64,000 nucleotides of DNA from Octopus vulgaris (taxonomy: Eukaryota): assembly GCA_951406725.2 (NCBI GenBank), contig OX597835.1:38502001-38566000 (forward strand). Reading direction: 5' to 3'. Shown in pieces: positions 14,083-26,030 of the stretch. Position numbers and translations under genes: made by a program. A model generated the notes under the pieces. It worked only from the letters and a program-made list of their open reading frames with translations. It had not been told where the DNA came from and searched no databases. How positions within the stretch are numbered: the first letter of the stretch is position 1; the number at the start of each line of letters is the position of its first letter.

Positions 14083-15166
14083 GTTCTGTGTGTGTGTGTT
14101 TACATACAGACATTCATGTTCATATTCGTATGTGTCTATATATATATATATATGTAGACCCCATAAGCACATGCGCGCACATACATATATACATGTATAT
14201 ATATTAAACATATATACATATATATATATATATATATTCATGCATATATGTATATATATATATCTGTTTATATATTAAACACACACACACACATATATGT
14301 ATATATATATTTTTGCATGTTACTGAATATGTATAAGTGTATGTACGTTGTGTGCATGGACATATTGTATGTATGTATGTATGTATGTATGTATGTATGT
14401 ATGTATGTATGTATGTATGTATGTATGTATGTATGTGTATGTATGTATGTATGTGTGTATGCATGCAAGCAAGCATATATCTTCTTCCTGGCCCATCTTG
14501 TTAATTTTATATTACAGGTTAACTATTAAGCTGCAGTTTGCCGGAAGGTATGCTGGATCTCCGAATGAACCATACAATTCTTCGTGATTGCGGTTGGGTC
14601 GCCGGTGGTGGCGGTGAGATGATGCTGATGACGGGAGTGGTGGTGTTGTGGTGGTCGCTGTCGCAGTGACGGCAATTCAGCGAGTGTTAGGTTTCTGTAT
14701 TTTCAAGTCCCTATGTACAAACATCTTATCAATGTCACGGTGAGCTTGTAATTAAATGTTAATACACTCCACCCGAATCATATACGCTAATAAAAGCAGA
14801 CACTCACACTAACACACACACACGCACACACATACACAGACACACACAAACACTCAAACACAAACACACACACATACCCACACAAGCACACACAATAACA
14901 CACACACAATAACACACACACAAACACACAAATACACACACAAGCACTCACACAAACACACACACACACACACACACAGAAGCACACGCACTCAAACACA
15001 CACACACACACAAACACACACATACACAAACACACACACAAATACACACACACACACAAACACACAGAAGCACACACACAAACACATGCACACAAACACA
15101 TACATAGAATCAAACATACGCACACACACATATACACACTCCGAAATACATATACATTCATATATT

Positions 15167-15353
15167 CTTTTACTCTTTTATTCTTTTACTCGTTTCAGTC
15201 ATTTGAATGTGGCCATCCTGGAGCACCGCCTTTAGTTGAGCAAATCGACCCCGGGACTTATTCTGTGTAAGCTTAATACTTTTTCTATCGGTTCTTTTGC
15301 TGAACCTCTAAGTTACGGTGACGTTAATAGACCAGCATCGGTTGTCAAGCGAT
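15167..15353 (-). mobile_element. SINE family A, 3' part
   Basis: Reverse complement of the tail ...AAAGGCGGTGCTCCAGGATGGCCACATTCAAATGACTGAAACGAGTAAAAGA. Confidence 0.85.
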
Positions 15354-15893
15354 GTACCAGTAATTAGGAACAAAGAAAATTTAGATTCTAAAGGCAAATC
15401 ATCTGCAGTTATCATGGAGAAAAAATTCTCTCTTATAGTAAAAGCTGTAAAAATGCCATATCTGCCAAGTGCTCTGCGCTATCGGATTCCCAGACGGCAG
15501 TTTCTGGCTCATTAAGACAATTCATTTCACGTTGCGACCTCTTCACCTAAGTATACAAATAAAAAATAGTTCACGTTGCTGCAGTCCACTCGGCTGGCAA
15601 AAAGGAGTTATCCTACGTCGGACTGGCATCCTGTCCAGGTGGGGACTTTACATACCATGGACACCAGGAAACCGGCCCCTATGAGTCAGTACGACTCAAG
15701 AAGGAAACTTCAGATATTTTGTTTGTTTCTAGCTCTTTGGCCTTGCTCAATGGGAAATGCTGAGGGGAGAAAACGCTGAGCAGATTCTAAGAGGCAGCCT
15801 AAACTAAAAACAGTCAATATCACGAACAGTTTAACTGACCTAAAGTTCATTTATTCTTAATCAATGCTTGATGCTGATGCTGTTATATATATA

Positions 15894-16065
15894 GGCTTAG
15901 GAGTGGCTGTGTGGTAAGTAGCTTGCTTACGAACCACATGGTTCCGGGTTCAGTCCCACTGTGTGGCACCTTAGGCAAGTGTCTTCTACTGTAGCCACGG
16001 GCCGACCAACGCCTTGTGAGTGGATTTGGTAGATGGAAACTAAAAGAAGCCCGTCGTATATATGT

Positions 16066-16125
<60 letters not shown>

Positions 16126-16293
16126 GTATTTGTCCCCCAACATCGCTTGACAACCGATGCTAGTGTGTGTGTTTACGTCCCCGTAACATAGCGGTTCGAC
16201 AGAATAGACCAATAGAGTAAGTACTAGGCCGATTTGTTCGACTAAAGGCGGTGCTCTAGCATGGCCGCAGTCAAATGACTGAAACAAGTAAAA
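15894..16293 (+). mobile_element. SINE family A, near full length
   Basis: tRNA-like head, internal (TA)n(TG)n, and tail GGCGGTGCTCTAGCATGGCCGCAGTCAAATGACTGAAACAAGTAAAA. Confidence 0.92.
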
Positions 16294-16304
16294 AACAAAG
16301 CATA

Positions 16305-16529
16305 CAGATTGTCCAAAAAGTTTCGCCCGATACTTATTTTGAAAACTATTTTAGATTTTTCAATTGATTTTATTGTATAGAACAAAGGTGAATAATAACT
16401 ACGAAGGAAACAATGATGCAACAATGATAATACAATAATAATACAATACTACAATAATACAATACAATACAGTAGTACAATACAATGTACAATAAAATAA
16501 AAATCGGGCGAAACTTTCTGGATATTTTG
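16305..16529. mobile_element. Tc1/mariner-type MITE
   Basis: TIRs CAGATTGTCCAAAAAGTTTCGCCCGAT / ATCGGGCGAAACTTTCTGGATATTTTG, each flanked by TA; internal TACAA-type repeats. Confidence 0.75.
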
Positions 16530-16570
16530 TATATTTACATATGAAGATATATCCCTCTCTCTATATATAT

Positions 16571-16793
16571 ATTTCTTTACTACCCACAAGGGGCTAAACA
16601 CAGAGGGGACAAACAAGGACAGACAAACGGATTAAGTCGATTACATCGACCCTAGTGCATAACTTGTACTTAATTTATCGACCCCGAAAGGAAGAAAGGC
16701 AAAGTCGAACTCGGCGGAATTTGAACTCAGAACCTAACGACAGACGAAATACGGCTACGCATTTCGCCCGGCGTGCTAACGTTTCTGCCAGCT
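16571..16793 (-). mobile_element. SINE family B
   Basis: Reverse-complement match to 8909-9140 from tail to GAGCTGGCAGAAACG. Confidence 0.9.
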
Positions 16794-17788
16794 CTCTCTA
16801 TATATATGCGCAAACATGCACGCACACATACGCACACACACACAAACGCGCACACACACACACACACGCACACACACACGCAAACAAATACACACTTACC
16901 AACACAGACATGCGCAAACGTATCGTTAAATTTACAGCAAAATTTCAAAGAGTGTCTTGTATATTTATTCATAATACATTGCGGCAGATTCGAACGTGAA
17001 AATGCTAATCAGTGTATTTGTTATAGAAGAATATTTTTTTTTTTTGTCTTTACCATGAATATATGTTCATAACACACTTGATTCATTTATAAAAAAGATC
17101 CCGAGACACCGGTGTATCGATATATTTTATCTCGTCAGGCACGAGCAACTCCGAACCAATGAATCTAATGACATACACAAAGAAAAACGGAACTCTATAT
17201 GTAAGGGGATTTCATTCAACCGCCGGCAACCTTCAACACCAGTGTTTATTTTTTGTTTTTTTTTATATGTCTCTGATGACGGATTTCGTCCAAGCAGGCT
17301 GGTTGTGAGTACACATTTATTTATAATGCCTAATGAGGCAGAAAAGCAACTAAAGTCTTCATTCGCTGCTGCAAGGGCGAATTCCGTCTCCCTCTGATAT
17401 ACGTATAATCTGCTAAACACAGTGAGTCCATAGGAGAAATTAACAGCGGATAAATACGAAGTAAAATTTGCCTATCACGATATATCTATATTAAATATGA
17501 TGCGTAAAGGTGATATTTTGACATTATACAATTTTTGTCGTATACAATTGGTACACACTCAGACACACATGCACACGCATGCGCACGCAGACATACACAC
17601 ACACGCACATATGTATATACGACGGGCTTCTTTCGGTTTTTCTCTACCAAATCCACTTGCAAAGTTTTGGTCGGCCCGAGGTTATAGTAGAAGACACTTG
17701 CCCAAAATGTCATACAGTGAAACTGATCTGAGAACCATGTAGATGTTTAGAAGTTTGCTTACATAGCCACGTCTTTGTCTGTATGTAC

Positions 17789-18347
<559 letters not shown>

Positions 18348-19314
18348 GTATATATATAAATCCGTGTGTGTGTGTGTATTGATGCACCAGAACTGATAAA
18401 TCACAAGACTTCACACTCCATAGCAAGCAGTTATCTCACAGCATTTCTTTTGTGATTGAATTAATCATTTTGACAAGTTTAGGGCAATTCCTGAAATTTA
18501 TTTTCCGTAGTTATCAATCAAAGAGGGTGGCACCGCGATCGTTCCACCATTTGGTAACAGGTATGCATGTCTAAGATGCTTACAGAGACACACCCAGATA
18601 AGGATAAATAGCGACACACGCATAGCCTTACCCACACCCGTGCATACACCGGCACCCAAACGCACAACTCACACAAATGCACATAACCTGGGGTGCGTAT
18701 TGTATATATGCATATAGTTTTGTGTGAGTGTGTATGTGTATATATGTAAAACTATATATAAATATCCAAATTATATACACACATTTATATATATATATAT
18801 ATATATACACATATATATGTTTACATACATATATACACACATACGCACGCGTACACATAGACACACACACATCCACATATATGTATATGTATGCACGTAT
18901 AAAGGTGAATGCGTATATGTCTATAGATGCATACCGATATATTCGGTATACACGTTCTCATATACATACATACACACACACACATGCTCAGAAACACACG
19001 TACATAAACACATGCACATACGCATACACATATACTTATCATAAAGCCGTTTTGGCCTTTATATTTTATATTCTACTCTTTATTCTTTATGCTTTACACT
19101 TTAAACTTTATACTTTATAATTCGTATTGTATGACAAAACGATTGTATTGTTCGTAGTCTCTAATTTCTTGATTTATTCAATGTTATTTAACCCCGAGTT
19201 AGTTCTGACTGGATCTACATATAATCAATACCATGTTTGCCCTGATCACCGGATCCCTTTTCCCTGCTACACTGATCCCTGGATCACATCACCAAATGCT
19301 TTATCTTTATCTTT

Positions 19315-19727
19315 CTTTTACTCTTTTACTTGTTTCAGTCATTTGACTGCGGCCATGCTGGAGCACCGCCTTTAGTCGAGCAAATCGACCCCGGGACTTA
19401 TTCTTTGTAAGCCCAGTACTTATTCTATCGGTCTCTTTTGCCGAACCGCTAAGTGACGGGGACGTAAACACACCAGCATCGGTTGTCAAGCAATCCTAGG
19501 GGGACAAACACACAAACACACACACATACACACACACATATATATATATATATATACATATATACGACAGGCTTCTTTCAGTTTCCGTCTACCAAATCCA
19601 CTCACAAGGCATTGGTCGGCCCGGGGCTATAGCAGAAGACACTTGCCCAAGGTGCCACGCAGTGGGACTGAACCCGGAGCCATGTGGTTGGTTAGCAAGC
19701 TACTTACCACACAGCCACTCCTGCGCC
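19315..19727 (-). mobile_element. SINE family A, full length
   Basis: Reverse complement of head GGCGCAGGAGTGGCTGTGTGGTAAG through tail CAGTCAAATGACTGAAACAAGTAAAAGAG. Confidence 0.93.
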
Positions 19728-20039
19728 TTTGTCAAGATTTAGTCAATAATTCTTGGGACAGTTATAGGGTGCGAGGCATATTTGAGAAGATTTTGTTGCC
19801 TCTTCAAACCGACTAATTTTTAAAAAGATTTTTAAAGATAATCCCCACCACCTAATCATGGCGGATAAAATTCTTAATATGAGCAATAAGAAGACATGCG
19901 TCATGGTTGCCATAGGTACGGAACATAGCGATTTCCAATTTGTCCCCTTTCTAAATGTTGCATGATCTTTTGGAAAGAATTGGAAGCCTCTTGTGTGGAG
20001 GGGTATACTTCATTAAGATAAAGAGAAAAAGAATATTCA

Positions 20040-20200
20040 GGCGTAGGAGTGGCTGCGTGTTAACTAGCTAGCTTACGAACCACATGGTTCCGGGTTCATT
20101 CCCACTGCGTGGCACCTTGGACAAGTGTCTTCTACTATAGCCTCGGGCTGACCAAAGCCTTGTGAGTGGATTTGGTAGACGGAAACTAAAAGAGGCTCGT

Positions 20201-20264
<64 letters not shown>

Positions 20265-20457
20265 TGTATTTGTCCTCCCAACATCGCTGGACAACCGATG
20301 CTGGTGTGTTTACGTCCCCATAACTTAACAGTCCGCAAAAGAGACCAATAGAATAAATACTAGGCTTACAAAGAATAAGTCCTGGGTTCAATTTGCTCGA
20401 CTAAAGGCGGTGCTCCAGCATGGCCACAGTCAAATGACTGAAACAAGTAAAAGAGTA
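20040..20457 (+). mobile_element. SINE family A, full length
   Basis: Full match to 19315-19727 in the opposite orientation. Confidence 0.93.
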
Positions 20458-20770
20458 ACCCAATGGTTCTCAACCGAGATCCACATTGCCCTTGGAGATT
20501 CTCATAAAGTTTTGTTAGAATTTATCTCCAGTAAATTGTTTGTACTTCTACAATACACAAAATATTTTAATAACTATTTTTTATATAATTCCTAATATTT
20601 AACATAAGGGACATTAGCCATTTGAATATGGCTAGGGACAGGGCAGGGCGGTGGTGGTGTTACTGATGCATTTAGCCCCAGGCGATCATCAACGTCACCA
20701 GAAGGGCTGACGCCATCACAGCGTCCTCTAGCCTGCAAAGGGAGATCATTCCCCGAAGAAGCGGATGCCA

Positions 20771-20815
20771 CATACGGACCCAGGTTTCAAGGTGTTTGCC
20801 TCTCGTCAACGTATG
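20771..20815 (-). ncRNA. Type I hammerhead ribozyme fold (U3 variant), copy 1
   Basis: Exact reverse complement of 21274-21318. Confidence 0.72.
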
Positions 20816-21273
20816 GCAGGCACCGCCCCTCGACGAACGACTCTCTGTGCAGGCTATCTATATAAATATATTCACAGTAAATACATTTACTGATGTAGAA
20901 AATCTGTTCGACAGCAATAATAATTCTCTAAACGAGGTATATACAGTAACTGCTCCATAACATAAGGGACGTTAGCCATCCGAATGTGGCTAGGGACAGG
21001 GCAGGGCGGTGGGGGTGTTACTGATGCATTTAGCCCCAGGCGATCATCAACGTCACCAGAAGGGCTGACGCCATCACGGCGTCCTCTAGCCTGCAAAGGG
21101 AGATCATTCCCCGATAACGTCCCTTATGTTATGGAGCAGCTACTGTATATACCTCGTTTAGATTATTATTATTGCTGTCGAACAGATTTTCTACATCAGT
21201 AAATGTATTTACTGTGAATATATTTATATAGATAGCCTGCACAGAGAGTCGTTCGTCGAGGGGCGGTGCCTGC

Positions 21274-21318
21274 CATACGTTGACGAGAGGCAAACACCTT
21301 GAAACCTGGGTCCGTATG
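21274..21318 (+). ncRNA. Type I hammerhead ribozyme fold (U3 variant), copy 2
   Basis: CATACG [stem I] TTGACGA [core] GAGG-CAAACA-CCTT [stem II] GAAA CC-TG-GG [stem III] TC [GUC site, predicted cut after 21312] CGTATG [stem I']. Confidence 0.72.
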
Positions 21319-22214
21319 TGGCATCCGTTTCTTCGGGGAATGATCTCCCTTTGCAGGCTAGAGGACGCCGTGATGGCTTCAGCCTATCTGGTGACGTTGA
21401 TGATCGCCTGGGGCTAAATGCATCAGTAACACCCCCACCGCCCTGCCCTGTCATTTAATTATAAGAAATTTAATGAGACTTTTTAAGATCGAATAGTTGG
21501 GAATGTCCAGAAGAGTAAAATAGGAATCGAAGGGGTCCCTATCTTAAACACTGCTCTAAATGTTCGGGCACAATAAAGATGCTGAAATTCGTCCAACGGG
21601 TTAGAAACAGGATCGTCGATGATCGTGGAACATTAAAGAATGCCATCACCAGAAAACTCCAGATGTCGGAGTGAATTATCAAAACTGTGGTTCACAAGGT
21701 CATTCGGTGCAAGTCGTATGTACTGAGGAGAGGTCAATTCATATATTGGTTCCTTTCGGATGAGAACAAGTTTTACTAAGACCAAAGGACTAGCGGAAGA
21801 AATGGCCACTGGTTATGCCCAGGTCACTCCCGTAGTTTCCACAAGGATGCCTACTGAGTTTCCAGCAACTGTGATGGTTTTAAGAATAGTAAGTAACCAA
21901 GATCATATCATACCACCACATCTTAGAATTAATACTGCCGAATACGTTGAGGTGCTGAAGACTAGTTAAGTCCTGAATGGTTGAACTACGCAATGGTAGG
22001 CCATATGTGTTTCAAAAAGACTCAAAACCTTCTTAGAAAGCTCACGTAACCCAAGTATGGATGTCAGACAATCTTTGCAATCATGTAACGCCAACTTGTG
22101 ACCTCCAGATTCACCAAATTGAATCCATTTGGAACGTTGTTGTTATGGAAAAATATTGACATCCCCACTCTACCAGGTTTTGCTGAGGGCCACCTTTGTC
22201 CAGGTAATGTCATG

Positions 22215-22437
22215 AAGGCGGCGAGCTGGCAGAAACGTTAGCACGCCGGACGAAATGCGTAGCCGTATTTCATCTGCCGTTACGTTCTGTGTTCAAATTC
22301 CGCCGAGGTCGACTTTGCCTTTCATCCTTTCGGGGTCGATTACATAAGTACCAGTTACGCACTGGGGTCGATATAATTGACTTAATCCGTTTGTTTGTCA
22401 TCTCTGTGTTTAGCCCCTTGTGGGTAGTAAAAAAATA
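22215..22437 (+). mobile_element. SINE family B with TSD
   Basis: Full family B copy; AGGTAATGTC is duplicated at 22202-22211 and 22437-22446, interrupting the transposase relic. Confidence 0.92.
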
Positions 22438-23848
22438 GGTAATGTCTGAAATAAATTCGGACAATTTAGTCTAAGGCATATCAACAATTTCAGTTCTGCA
22501 TTGAAACAGTCATCAAAGCTGAAGTTTGATTCACAGACTAATCATATAAAAGACTTTAGTAATACACATACTTTTTGCTAGATTAGAATTGTTTTGTTAC
22601 AGTATTCAATGTGTCCTGAAATGCCTTTTGCACCCTACATATATCTATATATATGTACTTACGTACTTATACATACAAGCTTACATACATATATTTATAT
22701 ACAGCCATACACGCACGAACATTATATAAACATGTAAAATTTGAACCGAGATTCTTTCGCTTCGCTTGTGAAACAACGGAAAACATACATAAAATAATTA
22801 GAAAAATAAAGCATTCATAGGTATTATAAAGAAACATTTTTGTCACACTTATAACACGAATTATACTTATCTTCATTTTGCTATTGAACGAAATTATTAA
22901 TAAAGAATATAATAAATACATGTACTTAATTATAATTGCTTCACTAATTCAATTTAGATATATTGCATATGTTGATTATACAGATAACAACCGAATGAGT
23001 ATTTCTAAAACATACGAATTTCATTTGAGAGAATAGTTTAATATTGAAGTTCTGCTTAAATGTATATACATTAAGAATTATTAAAGAGACAATATTTGAG
23101 GTGAAGTATGGAAAGAAACTCCCAGGAGAGCTGAATAGCCGAAGGTCTTCATGAAAGAAATCCATTTCAGGTAAGTGTCTTGGCCCTCAACTTCTTACTC
23201 TCAACTTCTTGGAGATAACGATCTAATTCGTATTTCAAAAATATGTGAATTTCACTTGAGAGAATGATTTAAAACTGAAACAATAAATTCTTCTTAAATC
23301 TATAAACGTTGAGAATTATTACAGTCTGAGGTAGAGTTATCTGTTTATTGTTAACTTTGTGTGACAAAGAATGAGGCTGATGATCCGAAAGTCGGGGTGA
23401 TAAGAGGGAGGGAACATGCAGGGGAAATTAGTACAATTTATTTTTTAAGTGGAATTGTGTATGTATACACACACACGCATAAATACACACACACTTAAAT
23501 ACACTCGCACACGCACACACGCGCACGCACGAGCAAGCCAAGGTGAAAGAATATAGTACTCGAATACAGGAGGTAGAGCAATATGCTTTTATTAAAGCTT
23601 CAAAATCTTCACAACCTGTGACTCAAGGCTCCACGTTTAGAACTAGTCGTTAGGCTGTTGCATTCACAATTGTTAGATTGTGGGTTCCATTCCCTGACTG
23701 GGCGGTGCATTGTGTTCTTGAGCAAAACACTTCATCGATCAGGGTGTGGGGAATGTTGGCCTAACCAGTGGGGTGGCGCGTAATTTGAAGTCTAAAACAA
23801 TGCAAAACCGCATTGTGACTAGTGATGTGTAACATCTCATAGCCTGTC

Positions 23849-23979
<131 letters not shown>

Positions 23980-23991
23980 TATAGATGGATG

Positions 23992-24066
<75 letters not shown>

Positions 24067-24082
24067 GGATGGATGGGTTAAG

Positions 24083-24374
24083 TCGACGGAAACTGAAAGA
24101 AGCTCGTCGTATATATGTATATAAATATGTATATATATATAAATGTATGTGTGTGTATATGTTTGTGTGTCAGTGTTTGTCTCTTCAACATCGCTTGACA
24201 ACCGATGGTGGTGTGTTTACGGCCCCGTAACGTTCGGCAAAAGAGACCGATAGAATAAGTACTAGGCTTACAAAGAATAAGTCCTGGGGTCGATTTGCTC
24301 GACTAAAAGGCGGTGCTCCAGCATGGCCAAAGTCAAATGACTGAAACAATTAAAAGAGTAATAGAGTAAAAGAG
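24083..24374 (+). mobile_element. SINE family A, 3' two-thirds
   Basis: GACGGAAACTGAAAGAAGC...GGCGGTGCTCCAGCATGGCC...TGACTGAAAC; preceded by a (GATA)n tract at 23849-24070. Confidence 0.88.
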
Positions 24375-25047
24375 ATATGTTGGTATGCTCCCCTTACTCG
24401 CCCAGCTGTATCAACTGGGCAAAGAGGCTCCGATGCTGAAAGACCCGAAACCCCTTGAGATATCCGAAACTTCATTGATGTTTCATAAAAGAAAACTACA
24501 CCGTAGCAGAAACCCACGGCAAGCACGCGTAAGTTTCACGCGCACGCACGTGTATTTGTTTTGCATGGATGTTTATATCCGTGTTGCACGTTAGAATGAA
24601 TGAGTGAATGCGTGCGTGAAGTGTGCAAGCCTGCTCGTGTGTGTCTGTGTGTGGTGGGGAGGCACAAACTTGTAGGAGTATGTGTTTTAACTCCGCATCG
24701 CATATAGTATTTATGCATTTAATTGCACGTCGCCATTTTAAGATCCACGTGGGTACTTAACTATAATCCCGTACATGGATTTATTGGGATTACTGTCAGC
24801 GTCCCAGTTTACGTGGGACAAGAAGGGGAAAATGCTTAGGAATATTTTGTTTATTATTTTTGTTGTCTTTCTTTGTATTTGTTATTCCTCTATTTTCTCT
24901 CTATAAATTCGGTTAATCCTCATCAAAATCCATTCATTCATGCTGCGAATATCTTGTGGATCGGCCGCTGTTTCGTATCTTAAAGGCAGTATCATCTTGT
25001 TTAATGCTGGCGTATTACTGCTTTGGCATTACGATTGCGTCGTAATT

Positions 25048-25082
25048 CTTTCCTTCTTTCCTTCTTTCTTTCTTTCTTTCCT

Positions 25083-25127
<45 letters not shown>

Positions 25128-25437
25128 TTCCTGTTCTTGTTCTTCCACTTCTTCATCTTCTTCTTCTGCTTCTTCTTCTTCTTCTTCTTCTTCTTCTTCT
25201 TCTTCTTCTTCTTCTTCTTCTTCTTCTTCTTCTTCTTCTTCTTCTTCTGCTTCTGCTTTTCTTCTTCTTTTCTTCTACTTCTTTTCTTCTTCTTTTTCTT
25301 CTCCTTCTTGTTCTTCTTATTCTCCTTCTTTTCTTCTGCTTCTTCTTCTTTTTCTTCTTCTTCTTCTTCTTCTTCTTCTTCTTCTTCTTCTTCTTCTTCT
25401 TCTTCTTCTTCTTCTTCTTCTTCTTCTTCTTCTTCTT

Positions 25438-25470
<33 letters not shown>
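25048..25470. repeat. (CTTT)n/(CTT)n polypyrimidine microsatellite
   Basis: About 420 bp pyrimidine tract. Confidence 0.96.
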
Positions 25471-25970
25471 CCTCCTCCCCTTCTTCTAACTTTACTCTCT
25501 TTTCTCTTTTACTCTTCTACTTGCTCCAGTCATTTGACTGTGGCCATGCTGGAGCACAGGCTTTAGTCGAGCTTACTCTTCCATCTGTCTGACGTGGTTC
25601 CTTTGCATTTCATTCTTGTCCTTCTACTCCTATTACGCGATTCATCCCCTGTTCTTTATTAACTGTCGTTACTAATTTTTCTGAATAAGGGTTGGTTAAG
25701 GATGATGAACAAAACACATTTCCAAAGATAAATTATCCAAACCCCAAAGAGTTTCTCTCAACACATGGCTATGATGCTCCCCCCACTACTTCTGCTCGTG
25801 ATCAGAGATGCACATATCGTCAGCCACTAAGGGACACGCTCAACTGGCTAAGGTCAAGGAATTGACAAGCAAATCTGTGGCATTGAGCAGAATATTTGCT
25901 GTAGCCCATCTTTTATACCAAGACAAAACAACGTACATGATAATACTTCCAACCAGTTAAGATCAGAAGC

Positions 25971-26030
<60 letters not shown>

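Larger units (their letters stand above)
20603..21452. mobile_element. Non-coding 358-bp-unit element (1.4 direct units plus inverted unit) carrying hammerhead motifs; retrozyme/Penelope-like
   Basis: Unit starts CATAAGGGA at 20603 and 20961; 21115-21452 is the reverse complement of 20637-20974. Flanked by ATTTAA at 20597-20602 and 21453-21458, inside a hAT-like MITE. Confidence 0.75.
19765..22637 (+). mobile_element. Degenerate Tc1/mariner-superfamily transposon (DD37D/maT-like) with nested insertions
   Basis: Degenerate TIRs TAGGGTGCGAGGCAT (19765) / ATGCCTTTTGCACCCTA (22621-22637). Relic translation FPATVMVLRIVSNQDHIIPPH..LRINTAEYVEVLK and GRPYVFQKDSKPS*KAHVTQVWMSDNL...PPDSPN..NP; spacing from the second Asp to the PNLNP motif fits DD37D. 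Confidence 0.72.

Noticed and set aside
23016-23332. Strong donor CAG|GTAAGT at ~23168-23176 between two diverged ~85-bp direct repeats
   Set aside because: No clear acceptor or recognisable peptide; more likely part of an old repeat.
23377-23393. CTGATGA-TCC-GAAA-GTC hammerhead-like string
   Set aside because: No stem II or stem III and no convincing stem I; probably chance.
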